64,000 nucleotides of DNA from Clostridia bacterium (GCA_012840125.1 DULZ01000004.1:29036-93035), one strand, 5' to 3'; positions 9,548-19,196 are shown, counted from the first letter of the stretch. Numbers and translations: made by a program. Notes: generated by a model not told the origin, from the sequence alone.

Positions 9548-10267
9548 CTACACCCTGTCCGCCAAGAGCAAGATAGCAAACATCAGCCCATTCCACACCC
9601 CGTGGGCGATAATGGACGCATAAAGGGATTTGGTTTTGTGATAGAGTACAGCCAGGCCCATCCCGCCCAGTGCCAAGGGAAACAACCGGACCAGGTCAAA
9701 ATGCAATAGGCCGAACACGATACCGGAAGTCACGATACCCCAGCCCAAGCCTAAATACTGCTTCAGGACGCTGAAAAGCAGCCCCCGGAAGTAAAGCTCT
9801 TCCGCAAAGGGGGCAATGATGACGCCGAAAATGAACAGTACTGACAGTTGCCATGGGGAGGAAGCTTCAAGGACCATTTCCGTAAAAAGCTGCACATCGG
9901 TGGAACTGATGGGGTAAAACAACTCCACCATCATGCCGCCGAGAATTACCAGCGCAAAAATAAGAAGACCGGAACTGAATCCCTCTTTCAAACCTTTCAT
10001 CAACTGCTGCTGCCCCAATCCCAGGCCGGCCGGGGTCATCCCCCATCTACCCAGGCTTAAGTACATGGTGCCGCCGATCAAAAGCAGAGATTGCCAGAGG
10101 CTGATGACCACAAAGAAAGCAAAGCCCTCCCACACCCCCGTCAGCCGGGCAAAAATGAAGGCAAAAAGATGATTGCTGAGAAAAACCAGCGGCAGTATCA
10201 ACAGGCTCACCAGTACTTGTATAGACTGTTTTGGTCGCTGCACATGCTGTTCTTCCACACGGATCAC
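9548..10267 (-). CDS. CPBP family intramembrane metalloprotease (CAAX protease / Abi family)
   Basis: Multi-TM protein with EELYFRG (EExxxR), FGLLH (FxxxH) and HGVWNG (HxxxN) motifs. Confidence 0.75.
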   Translation of the reverse strand: MIRVEEQHVQRPKQSIQVLVSLLILPLVFLSNHLFAFIFARLTGVWEGFAFFVVISLWQSLLLIGGTMYLSLGRWGMTPAGLGLGQQQLMKGLKEGFSSGLLIFALVILGGMMVELFYPISSTDVQLFTEMVLEASSPWQLSVLFIFGVIIAPFAEELYFRGLLFSVLKQYLGLGWGIVTSGIVFGLLHFDLVRLFPLALGGMGLAVLYHKTKSLYASIIAHGVWNGLMFAILLLADRV

Positions 10268-10382
10268 CGTAACGAATCATTTTAGTTCTTTATATTAGCA
10301 TACCTGAATTCATAGATAAAACAAGCTTTAAATTTCCCAATAAGAAAGTCCCGAGGGAATACCCTCGAGACTACAGGCCATT

Positions 10383-12899
10383 TCACGAACCGGAAACCGG
10401 AGGAACAGTCCCGCCCGGCTGTGTGTTGACTAGCTGCCGGATTCTATCTACATAGAAGGCAGCCAATTCCTGAGCCGCTTCTTGGGAAACGCTCTCGGTG
10501 TACACCCGGTAAAGAGGCTCATCCGCATCCGGCAGGATGAGAGCCCAACCCTGTTCCCGGTGAATCTTGATGCCGTCCAGCAATTCCACCCCTTGGCCGC
10601 GATGTTCTTCGATGAGCCGCCGCATCACTTGCCCTTTAGCCTCCCAAGGACAAGGAGTATGCTGGACCTCCATATGATAGGGAGGTATGGGGGACACCAG
10701 GGAAGACAAGTCTTGCCCGCCCCGGGCCAGGAAATCCAGCAGCTTGAGCAAAGCCCCCACGGCGTCAAATTGCAGCACTAACTGGGGATACTCCCCCTGG
10801 CCGCGCCGGAATTCCTCGCCGGCCACGGTTTCCATGAGCTGCGCCGTGTTAGTTTTGGTCCAAACCACTTTCCCCCCAAATCGCTCCGCCAGGCATTCCA
10901 CCGCCTTCGGTGCCGTCACCGGCATCGCCACGGCAGCGCCGGGATTAGATTGAAAAATGACGGAGGCCATAAATAACAAGTATAGGCCGGCATCAACAAT
11001 CTGCCCCTTTTCATCTACCAGCACCAGTTTTTCTCCTTCTTTGTCCAGCCAGACCCCCAGGTCCGCCTGGTTTTTCACCACTTCCCCCGCCAGCTTTTCC
11101 AACACCTCCGGAACCGCCCGGTCAGCTGCCTCATCTCCCGCCAGGCTGCCGGCGACGAAACCCGCCAGCTTCACGCCGAGGCGGTCCAAAACGTTGGGTA
11201 ACAGGCCGGCCAGTGCACTTTCCACCGGAGCGCCGACAACCAGTTGAAACTGCCTCTCTTTAATTTTTTGCCGGTCAACCTGATCCAGCATGTAATCACT
11301 GTACATGGCCGCCACATGGGTGATTGGATAGGTCAGGCCCATTGCTTCCGGCGGCACCCGGCGAAAATCTTCCCTGGCAAAAGCATTCTCCAGCTTTCTT
11401 TCTTGCTGCCGGCTGAAAAGCAACCCTTTTTCATTGACAAAGCGAAACCATACCTTGGTGCTGTCCCGGGAATCAGACATGATATGTACGCCTCCGGCCA
11501 GACCTAAAGCGTCCACCGCATAGCGCAGCAAAGAAAAAGGAAGCACCCCGCAGTCCACCCCGTGCACCCCGGTACTCAATAAGCCTGCCAGGAAAGCAGT
11601 TTTCAGCATCGGGGCGGCTTTTAGCCCGTCACAGCTGATACCGATTTTTTGATTTGGATTAATAATGCTGCCGTAAGCAGCCCCCAGTTTGGCGGCTACT
11701 TCCGGTGTGATATCTTTATTAACAGGGCCGGGAATACCCTGGGAACCGAACAAGTTCTTCCTGCTGCCGGTGCCCCACACCAGGCTGTCATACTGGATGG
11801 TACCGGCGCCGATCCGTTTATGGGGCCAGATTTTTACTTCCGGTTTAACGACCACACCTCTTTCCAGTTTACTGTGGTCACCTACCACGGCTCCTTCATA
11901 AACGCCTACCCTGCTTTCCAGCACCACTCCTTTCCCGACGACGGCCCCTCTTAGCTCGCTGCCCGGCCCGATATAACAACCATCCCAGATCACGGATCTC
12001 TTGACGGATGCCCCCTCCTTCACTTGGACGTTATGCCCGATTACGGTATAAGGGCCAAGCCTCACTCCCGGACCGATGCGGCTGTAATCTCCAATGAGCA
12101 GCGGCCCCTCCAAGACCGCTGTCTCATCAATCTGGACTCCTTTGCCAATCCAGAGGCCGTTACCCTGGTAGACCGCCGGCGGGACTACTTTCGCTGTGCC
12201 GGCCAGCACGGCCCGGTGGGCTTCGACATATTGCTGGAGATTGCCGATATCGCACCAGTAGCCCTCTAAAGTGACGGCATATAAAGGGGCTTTTCGCCGC
12301 AACAGCTCCGGAAAAAGGTCCTTGCTGAAGTCAAACATTTGTCTTTCCGGTATTAAAGACAAGATCTCAGGTTCCAAGACATAAATACCGGTGTTCACCC
12401 GGTCGCTGAAGACTTCCCCCCACCCCGGTTTTTCTAAGAACTTGACGATCCGGCCGTCCCGGTTGGTAATGACTAAGCCGTATTCCAAAGGATTGGGAAC
12501 CGTAGTCAAGACCAGGGTGGCGACGGCTCCTTGGCTGCGGTGAAAATCCATGGCTTGGGCCAGGTTAAAATCGGTCAGGGCATCGCCGCTGACCACCACA
12601 AAAGTTTCATCCAGGAAATCTTCCGCGTTTTTCACGCTACCGGCCGTGCCCAGAGGTTTATCTTCCACAAAATAATATAGGTTGACATCCCAGGCGCTGC
12701 CGTCGCCGAAATAATCAATGATGCTGTCAGGCAAGTATTGTAAGGTAACGCCGATATCCTTGATACCGTATAGACGCAATAGCTCAATGGCATATTCCAT
12801 GACCGGCTTATTGGCCACGGGTACCAGGGGCTTCGGGCGGTCACAAGTCAGCGGTCGCAGTCGTGAACCTTCCCCACCCGCCATGATAATCCCTTTCAC
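10383..12899 (-). CDS. bifunctional nucleotidyltransferase (mannose-1-phosphate guanylyltransferase-like, with LbH) fused to a phosphohexomutase-like domain
   Basis: N-terminus GIIMAGGEGSRLRPLT...KPLVPV is an NTP-transferase domain, followed by left-handed beta-helix repeats. The C-terminal half resembles PGM/PMM but with divergent motifs (GDEAADR rather than DGDADR). GTG/ATG start near 12884-12899; the upstream ORF extension is unlikely. Confidence 0.65.
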   Translation of the reverse strand: MKGIIMAGGEGSRLRPLTCDRPKPLVPVANKPVMEYAIELLRLYGIKDIGVTLQYLPDSIIDYFGDGSAWDVNLYYFVEDKPLGTAGSVKNAEDFLDETFVVVSGDALTDFNLAQAMDFHRSQGAVATLVLTTVPNPLEYGLVITNRDGRIVKFLEKPGWGEVFSDRVNTGIYVLEPEILSLIPERQMFDFSKDLFPELLRRKAPLYAVTLEGYWCDIGNLQQYVEAHRAVLAGTAKVVPPAVYQGNGLWIGKGVQIDETAVLEGPLLIGDYSRIGPGVRLGPYTVIGHNVQVKEGASVKRSVIWDGCYIGPGSELRGAVVGKGVVLESRVGVYEGAVVGDHSKLERGVVVKPEVKIWPHKRIGAGTIQYDSLVWGTGSRKNLFGSQGIPGPVNKDITPEVAAKLGAAYGSIINPNQKIGISCDGLKAAPMLKTAFLAGLLSTGVHGVDCGVLPFSLLRYAVDALGLAGGVHIMSDSRDSTKVWFRFVNEKGLLFSRQQERKLENAFAREDFRRVPPEAMGLTYPITHVAAMYSDYMLDQVDRQKIKERQFQLVVGAPVESALAGLLPNVLDRLGVKLAGFVAGSLAGDEAADRAVPEVLEKLAGEVVKNQADLGVWLDKEGEKLVLVDEKGQIVDAGLYLLFMASVIFQSNPGAAVAMPVTAPKAVECLAERFGGKVVWTKTNTAQLMETVAGEEFRRGQGEYPQLVLQFDAVGALLKLLDFLARGGQDLSSLVSPIPPYHMEVQHTPCPWEAKGQVMRRLIEEHRGQGVELLDGIKIHREQGWALILPDADEPLYRVYTESVSQEAAQELAAFYVDRIRQLVNTQPGGTVPPVSGS

Positions 12900-13112
12900 G
12901 TTATCAACCTGCCTTTTTGCATGATGATGATACTGCAAAAGAGGATGAAATAGTGAAGGCCTATTTGGGACCAGGGCCTGCACTTCTTGTCTTTTTCCTT
13001 CTCCTTTATTATGGGATTTTTCATGGCAATCAATTCGTCCCCCGGCCGGTGCTCCGGCTGCGCCGGGAATTGTTCCTAAAGAAAAAGGAGACAGGTGCAC
13101 TATCTCCTTGGT

Positions 13113-13976
13113 TTAGGGCACATTTTTATGCATGCCCAATTTGGTTGTCACAGCGTTGACCATTTTGTTCAGCGGTGCATCGTATTTTTCAATATTACCG
13201 GAATCAGCCAACGCGATCAGGTTGTGGTCAATGGGCAATACCGCCAGCAAATCCGTGCCGATGCTCTCGGCAAATTCCTCGGCTTTGCTCGGTCCAAACA
13301 GCCGGATTTCTTCACTACAGTGGGGACAGAGAGTATAGCTCATGTTCTCCACCAGGCCAATCATGGGAATACCCACTTTTTCGACCATTTTCACCGCTTT
13401 CCCCACGATCATGGTAGCTAAATCCTGGGGCGTGGACACCATAATCACGCCCGTTACCGGCAGCGATTGCAACACCGTCAAAGCAGCGTCACTGGTCCCG
13501 GGCGGCAAGTCCACCACCAAAAAGTCCAATTCACCCCAAACCACATCCGTCCAGAACTGCTTGATAGCCGCACCGATTAGAGGACCGCGCCAAACCACCG
13601 GTTCCGTTTCTTCCGGCAGCAATAAATTCAGGGACATGACCTTGATCCCCAAGGAACTCGTAACCGGCAGCAATCCTTTTTCATCCATGTCCGGCTTCCC
13701 CGTCAGTCCAAAAAGCCTGGGAATGCTGGGGCCCGTAATATCGGCGTCCAGGATCCCAACTTGGTACCCGGCTTTGGCCAGGTTGCTGGCCAGCAATGCC
13801 GAGACGGTGGATTTGCCCACTCCTCCTTTACCGCTCATCACCGCCACCAGGTGTTTTACCTGGTTAAAAGGACTGCTCTCCACTTTCGTTGAGGCGCTTT
13901 CCGGTCGGGAGCTGCAACTGGCAGCGGAGCTACAGCCGGAACAAACCTCGTCTTGGCCGCATTCTTTATTTGTCAT
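13113..13976 (-). CDS. Mrp/NBP35 (ApbC) family Fe-S cluster carrier ATPase
   Basis: VMSGKGGVGKST is a deviant Walker A. A Cys-rich N-terminus is present and the CxxC motif is retained in the C-terminal half. Confidence 0.8.
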   Translation of the reverse strand: MTNKECGQDEVCSGCSSAASCSSRPESASTKVESSPFNQVKHLVAVMSGKGGVGKSTVSALLASNLAKAGYQVGILDADITGPSIPRLFGLTGKPDMDEKGLLPVTSSLGIKVMSLNLLLPEETEPVVWRGPLIGAAIKQFWTDVVWGELDFLVVDLPPGTSDAALTVLQSLPVTGVIMVSTPQDLATMIVGKAVKMVEKVGIPMIGLVENMSYTLCPHCSEEIRLFGPSKAEEFAESIGTDLLAVLPIDHNLIALADSGNIEKYDAPLNKMVNAVTTKLGMHKNVP

Positions 13977-14076
13977 AAATAATCCCTCCTACCGGATCCA
14001 GAAGCTGTGTATGATGCCTTAACCATTGTATCCCAACCGCCATTTCTTTCGCAAGGGCACAAAAGACTGCCCGGTT

Positions 14077-14856
14077 TTATTTTCTCCAAAATGCCCGCAG
14101 CTTTTCCAAATCCTGCGGCCCCCCTGAGGTGAACCATTGCACCGGTTCTTGCTTAACCGGGGCCAACCCGGGCCTTTCTAATCCATGCAGTTGGAGGACT
14201 CGCTTCAATTGTTTCGCCGTTCCTTCATTGCCGTCAATCACGAGGGTGTCCTCCGGAAAAAACCCGGCGATGGCCTTCCGGGCAAAAATGTAATGGGTGC
14301 ATCCCAACACCACCACGCCTACCCGCTCCGTCTCCACGGAGGCAAACATGTGCCGCAAGAAACTGCCGATTCTTTCACCCTCCGTTTCCCCGGCTTCGAT
14401 CAATTCCACCAAGCCGGGACAAGGCAAGGAAATGATGCCGGCTCCCTGCCCATACCTGGCCAGCAAAGCTTGAAACTTTTCCTCTCTTAGAGTCATTGGA
14501 GTCGCCATCACCAACACCGCCTTCCCGTTGGCTTGGGCCACGGCGGGCTTTAAAGCAGGCTCCATACCTATAATGGGAACGGGAAACCTTTCGCGCAAAA
14601 GCTTTACCGCCGCGCTGGTCGCCGTGTTGCAGGCCACAACCAGGGCTTTGGCTCCTTTTTCTACCACCAAGAAATCGGCAATCCGAAGAGACAACTCGGC
14701 TACCTGGGCCTTGGTTTTGGTTCCGTAAGGTGCATTCGCCGTGTCTGCATAGTACAAAAAACGCTCCCGGGGCAAGTGACGAACCAGAGCTTGCAGGACA
14801 CTGACACCGCCGACACCGGAATCAAAAACCCCAACGGGTCTCTCCCTATCATCCAT
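14077..14856 (-). CDS. murI: glutamate racemase
   Basis: VGVFDSGVGGVSVL...VVACNTATS...GCTHY are characteristic MurI motifs. Confidence 0.85.
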   Translation of the reverse strand: MDDRERPVGVFDSGVGGVSVLQALVRHLPRERFLYYADTANAPYGTKTKAQVAELSLRIADFLVVEKGAKALVVACNTATSAAVKLLRERFPVPIIGMEPALKPAVAQANGKAVLVMATPMTLREEKFQALLARYGQGAGIISLPCPGLVELIEAGETEGERIGSFLRHMFASVETERVGVVVLGCTHYIFARKAIAGFFPEDTLVIDGNEGTAKQLKRVLQLHGLERPGLAPVKQEPVQWFTSGGPQDLEKLRAFWRK

Positions 14857-15600
14857 GGAAACTAACCACCTTTAACACCACATTCTGGCAAGAAATGTCA
14901 TTACAACATCTAATTATAACAAACCTCACTCCTTTCGGAAACATAACCATCCATTTTCCTTCCGGCAGCGCCCAGCCGTGCCGGAGCAGCATCCCAATAG
15001 CCTCATTTGACAACTTTAATTATCTCGATGATCGATTACTAATAAGAAACCTAATCCAAACACAAGAAATTCCATCATTTATTCAGACAAACCCCTATGT
15101 AATTAAAATGTTATGTTTTCGCAAGCTTTTATTAGCAGGTTTTTTCGTCTTTGTGTTGAATTTAACGAAAATAGCAAGCTTCATTTTTGTTAAAATTCAA
15201 GTGCTATTTATTGGTAATATATCGTTTCATTTTTGCTAAAGTTAGTTACCAAATGCACTAATGAAACTGATTATCCGCCAGGTGCCACACTGCCGCCGGG
15301 TATCGCTCAATTAGTAATCTTGTCAATTTTTTGACTCTGCCGTTGACCTGCCTGTTCCCCGTAACGGGAATTTACGGTAAGGAGGTGATGAAATCTTTCC
15401 GAAACGTGTCCAACCGGGGGGAACGAAAGGCGGGTAAAAACATATTACTGGCATATCCAGCTACAGATACTTCTTATCTGTTTTCTGGATCTAGACACAC
15501 GACTATGCTCCCTTTTTCTCAAAGCTATATGCCTGTTGTCCATGCATTTGGGTTCAACGGGCAGCAGCCTTGAAGTAGTATCAAGGAGGAGGCGTTCTTT

Positions 15601-17076
15601 ATGTCTGACCAAAGTAAACCCCTCACCAAAATCTCCTTACTATCCACCGAAGACTGGTGGGCAGCCTGGTTGGGGTTATTCATCTTCGCTTTAGGCTTAG
15701 GCCCCATCTTCGGCAAAGATTTATTGGGATGGGTCGTTAAAGACAATACCTGGATCGACATTTCTAAATCCATTGCTCCGATATCTGCTAATTATCAAGG
15801 CATGTCCGGTATCACTTCTCTTTTTCTCACCTACCTGTTTCTGTTAGCTATCACGTGCTGTGGAACGTATGTCATGGGCGGCAACGTGAAAAGGTTTGCC
15901 GGGGGCTTCACCATTATTTTTGCCATTACGTACTTGTGCATCATTCTTGGTAAATATGCTTACATCGCCGCCACCCCCGACAAGCTGGACCGTTACGGGA
16001 TCTCCTGGGCCCTCGGGATGGGAGATATGGGTTATATTTTCGCCATGATCATCGGCCTAATTATCGGCAATTTCTTCCTGGGCGCCGCCGATTACCTGAA
16101 GACGGCTGCCAGGCCCGAATGGTACATTAAAACAGGGATTGTGATTTTGGGTGCTTCCATTGCAGTGAAGACTCTCAGCGCCATGGGACTTGCTTCCACG
16201 GTTATCATCCGGGGCCTCTGTGCCGTGGTGGAAGCCTATCTGGTCTACTGGGCCGTGGTTTACTACATTGCCCGTAAATGGTTTAAGTTCACGCCGGAAT
16301 GGGCGGCCCCGTTGGCCTCAGGTATCTCCATCTGCGGCGTGTCCGCAGCCATTGCTACCGGCGCAGCCATCCGTTCACGCCCCGTCATACCCGTTATTCT
16401 GTCTGCAGTAATCATTGTGTTTGTGGCCTTGGAATTGCTCTTCTTGCCATGGCTGGCTCAAGTGTTGTTGTGGAAAGAACCGATGGTAGCCGGCGCTTGG
16501 ATGGGGCTGGCGGTAAAAAGTGACGGCGGAGCTATCGCCAGCGGCGCCATAACGGATTCCCTAGTCCGTGCCAAAGCCCTGAAAGAACTGGGAATCAACT
16601 GGGAAGAAGGCTGGATGCTGATGGCCACCACCACCACGAAAGTATTCATCGACATTTTTATCGGTGTATGGGCTTTCATCCTGGCCGTCATCTGGTCTGT
16701 GTTTAATATTGGTAAGAAGTCGAAGGACAGCGCCGGCAAATCCCAAGTTAAGGCCAGCGAAATCTGGGACCGGTTCCCCAAATTCATCATTGGGTTTGTG
16801 CTCACTTTCCTAATTATTCTGCTGCTGGGACTGTCTAATCCGGACATCGTCGGTGCAGCCGAAACCGGCACCGGTCACGCCAATGCGTTGAGAAGCATCT
16901 TCTTCGGTTTGTGCTTCTTCTCCATCGGTTTAGTAACCAACGTCCGCAAATTGTGGCAAGAAGGAATGGGCCGCATTGTGGCAGTTTACGCCGTAGCTCT
17001 GTTCGGCTTCATTCTCTGGGTAGGACTGCTGATTTCTTGGATCTTCTACCACGGCATCTACCCGCCTACCGTCTAA
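15601..17076 (+). CDS. YeiH/UPF0324-family integral membrane transporter ('putative sulfate exporter' family), paralog 1
   Basis: Polytopic membrane protein with a GISICGVSAAIATGAAI motif, comparable to YeiH GAGSSICGAAAV. Collinear with paralog 2 over IKTG..LG, ICGVSAAIA, RFPKFI.GF and SIGL..N segments. RBS AAGGAGGAGG. Confidence 0.6.
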   Translation: MSDQSKPLTKISLLSTEDWWAAWLGLFIFALGLGPIFGKDLLGWVVKDNTWIDISKSIAPISANYQGMSGITSLFLTYLFLLAITCCGTYVMGGNVKRFAGGFTIIFAITYLCIILGKYAYIAATPDKLDRYGISWALGMGDMGYIFAMIIGLIIGNFFLGAADYLKTAARPEWYIKTGIVILGASIAVKTLSAMGLASTVIIRGLCAVVEAYLVYWAVVYYIARKWFKFTPEWAAPLASGISICGVSAAIATGAAIRSRPVIPVILSAVIIVFVALELLFLPWLAQVLLWKEPMVAGAWMGLAVKSDGGAIASGAITDSLVRAKALKELGINWEEGWMLMATTTTKVFIDIFIGVWAFILAVIWSVFNIGKKSKDSAGKSQVKASEIWDRFPKFIIGFVLTFLIILLLGLSNPDIVGAAETGTGHANALRSIFFGLCFFSIGLVTNVRKLWQEGMGRIVAVYAVALFGFILWVGLLISWIFYHGIYPPTV

Positions 17077-17140
17077 TTAAATAGATTTGTTTTCCCTATT
17101 TCGCTACTAAACAAAACAGGCAGACAAGGAGGTTGAACAT

Positions 17141-17314
17141 ATGGCCAAGCTGGAACCCAATCCCGTCCAAACCACACCTGCCGCTGACGAGTTCGAACAA
17201 GAGTGGTTCGATTTGCTACCCATTGAAAAGAAATTAATCGGCTATTCCCTGGCTTTGGGTATTACGCTCTTGACCATTTTCGTGCTGGTGTTCCGGGTAC
17301 TTCCAAATATGTAA
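17141..17314 (+). CDS. small membrane protein (57 aa), not in supplied ORF track
   Basis: ATG at 17141 is preceded by CAAGGAGGT with a 7-nt spacer. The product is MAKLEPNPVQTTPAADEFEQEWFDLLPIEKKLIGYSLALGITLLTIFVLVFRVLPNM, with an acidic N-terminus and a single C-terminal TM helix. A terminator follows ~120 nt downstream. Confidence 0.45.
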   Translation: MAKLEPNPVQTTPAADEFEQEWFDLLPIEKKLIGYSLALGITLLTIFVLVFRVLPNM

Positions 17315-17434
17315 TTAATCCGGCCCAGGGAAGGAAGTGCCGGTTCAAACTACTGGCCGGGGTAAGCCTTAAAGCCTGAGACGATTATCATTCCTGACAA
17401 TTTCCTGAGCATAACATGACACCGGCAAAACCCG

Positions 17435-17467
17435 GGAGCCGGGAGGAGCATTCTTCCCGGCTCTTTT
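17435..17467 (+). terminator. rho-independent terminator after the transporter and small-ORF unit
   Basis: GAGCCGGG-aggagcattctt-CCCGGCTC followed by TTTTC. Confidence 0.45.
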
Positions 17468-17873
17468 CATTGGAGTGACGCTCGCAAGTCAGTTCAATCT
17501 ACAGCGCCCTCAAGTTTCTTAGCCTGACCCAAATTCGTAACATTTAGGCAATAAAAGTATCAATGATTTGCAATCAATCTTAGCAGGTTTTTTGCAGCCC
17601 GTGGCAAAACTTATTTATAAAAAAATCGTGTTAATAAATAGCTTAACTAGTTTTCATTCTTACTAATTTAAACCATAAACTTGTGAAAGTTCACTCGTTC
17701 TCTGAGCTAATTATGTTATGCTTGCTGATTGGCATCCTGTCTCTTACAAACATATTGTAGGGTGGGTGCTGAAAAAACTCATGAAACTGGGAGAGGGGGG
17801 ATAGTCTCCGGCAGTCTGAGTCTTCTGATGGTGGAACCTGTAACTTGCAAACAAGTCAACGGAGGTGTGAAGC

Positions 17874-19196
17874 ATGTCCCAACCGAGTATTGCTGGTAAC
17901 GAAAAGCGGGGTATCAACTGGTCTCCTCTATGGAAACTGGAAGACTGGTGGGCTGTGTGGTTTGGCTTTTTCGGCATTCTTTTGGCCGCCGCCGGAATCC
18001 TTACCAAAGTAGCTAAATTCAGCAGTTGGAGTGCCTTGGGCGAAGCCTTCCCCGAAGGCGTATGGCTCAGGCTGCTTGTCTTGCTGGTAGGAATGCTGGT
18101 GGTCTTCGCTATTGGCGTCAAATGCATGGGGCAAGATGCCGGCAAATTCGCAACCGCCTTCCCCGTCCTGTTCATCCTGGCAGCCCTGGCTGAACTATGT
18201 GCCGCCAATAAGCTAGCCAAAGCGTACAACTTGGAAACCGCTCTTTGGGGTTTGATCATCGGTCTATTAATCAGTAATACCGTCAAGACCCCTGCGTGGC
18301 TGAAACCGGCAGTTAAGACGGAAATGTACATTAAGACCGGTTTGGTGTTCTTAGGCTGCGAAATCCTATTCAACAGAATTCTCGCGCTAGGTCTTCCCGG
18401 ACTAATTGTAGCTTGGGTTGTTACACCTATTGTTGTTTTGGTCATGTTCTGGTTTGGTGACAAGATTCTCAAGATGGAGAGCAAGGAATTTAACATTACT
18501 CTTACCTGCGCCACCTCCGTCTGCGGTGTTTCCGCTGCCATTGCCGCAGGAGCAGCCAGCGGCGCTAAGAAGGACGAAGTAGGGGTTGCTATCACCATTT
18601 CCCTGTTATTCACCGTACTAATGATGGTATTCATGCCTGCTTTCATTCTTCTAGTCGGATTAGACCCTGATGTCGGCGCGGCTTGGATGGGTGGAACCAT
18701 CGACTCGACCGGTGCCGTGGTAGCCGCCGGTGCATTCCTCGGTCAAAGAGGCTTGGAGATTTCTTCCGTCGTGAAAATGATTCAGAACGTCATGATCGGC
18801 ATTTTAGCTTTCTTCATTGCTATTATCTGGGTCACCAAATTCGGCCGTAAGGAGAGCAGCCAGCACGCCAGTGCTAAGGAAATCTGGATCAGGTTCCCCA
18901 AATTCATCCTTGGTTTTGTCGGTGCCTCCCTGTTATTCTCCTTCGTATTCATCCCCACCGTCGGAGAAGCTGCCGTCGACGGCTACCTGTCCGTAACCAA
19001 GACCTTAAGGGGATGGTGCTTCGCACTAGCCTTTGTCAGCATCGGACTTGATTCTAACTTCAAAGAACTGGCCGGTCACGTCAAAGGCGGCAAACCCTTA
19101 ATCCTTTATATTGTAGGCCAATCTTTCAACTTAGCTCTTACTCTGCTGATGGCCTGGCTCTGCTTCGGCGGAATTCTGTTCCCCAAGACATTCTAG
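17874..19196 (+). CDS. YeiH/UPF0324-family integral membrane transporter, paralog 2
   Basis: SVCGVSAAIAAGAAS motif, with paralogy to 15601-17076 along the full length. RBS ACGGAGGTG. Confidence 0.6.
   Translation: MSQPSIAGNEKRGINWSPLWKLEDWWAVWFGFFGILLAAAGILTKVAKFSSWSALGEAFPEGVWLRLLVLLVGMLVVFAIGVKCMGQDAGKFATAFPVLFILAALAELCAANKLAKAYNLETALWGLIIGLLISNTVKTPAWLKPAVKTEMYIKTGLVFLGCEILFNRILALGLPGLIVAWVVTPIVVLVMFWFGDKILKMESKEFNITLTCATSVCGVSAAIAAGAASGAKKDEVGVAITISLLFTVLMMVFMPAFILLVGLDPDVGAAWMGGTIDSTGAVVAAGAFLGQRGLEISSVVKMIQNVMIGILAFFIAIIWVTKFGRKESSQHASAKEIWIRFPKFILGFVGASLLFSFVFIPTVGEAAVDGYLSVTKTLRGWCFALAFVSIGLDSNFKELAGHVKGGKPLILYIVGQSFNLALTLLMAWLCFGGILFPKTF

Noticed and set aside
14895-15239. 114-aa plus-strand ORF in the AT-rich block
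   Set aside because: The reading frame is only open because of AT richness. The product is low-complexity (Ile/Phe/Asn-rich) with no RBS.
15331-15573. Small ORF (66-80 aa) upstream of YeiH paralog 1, with GGTAAGGAGGTGATG
   Set aside because: The Shine-Dalgarno-to-ATG spacing is only 2-3 nt. The product has no TM or motif and conservation cannot be assessed. Kept as possible leader sequence only.
17744-18700. 318-aa minus-strand ORF (Pro/Ser/Thr/Ala-rich, low complexity)
   Set aside because: It lies entirely antisense to the well-supported YeiH paralog 2 CDS, with low-complexity composition and no motif. It is a typical shadow ORF in GC-rich coding DNA.
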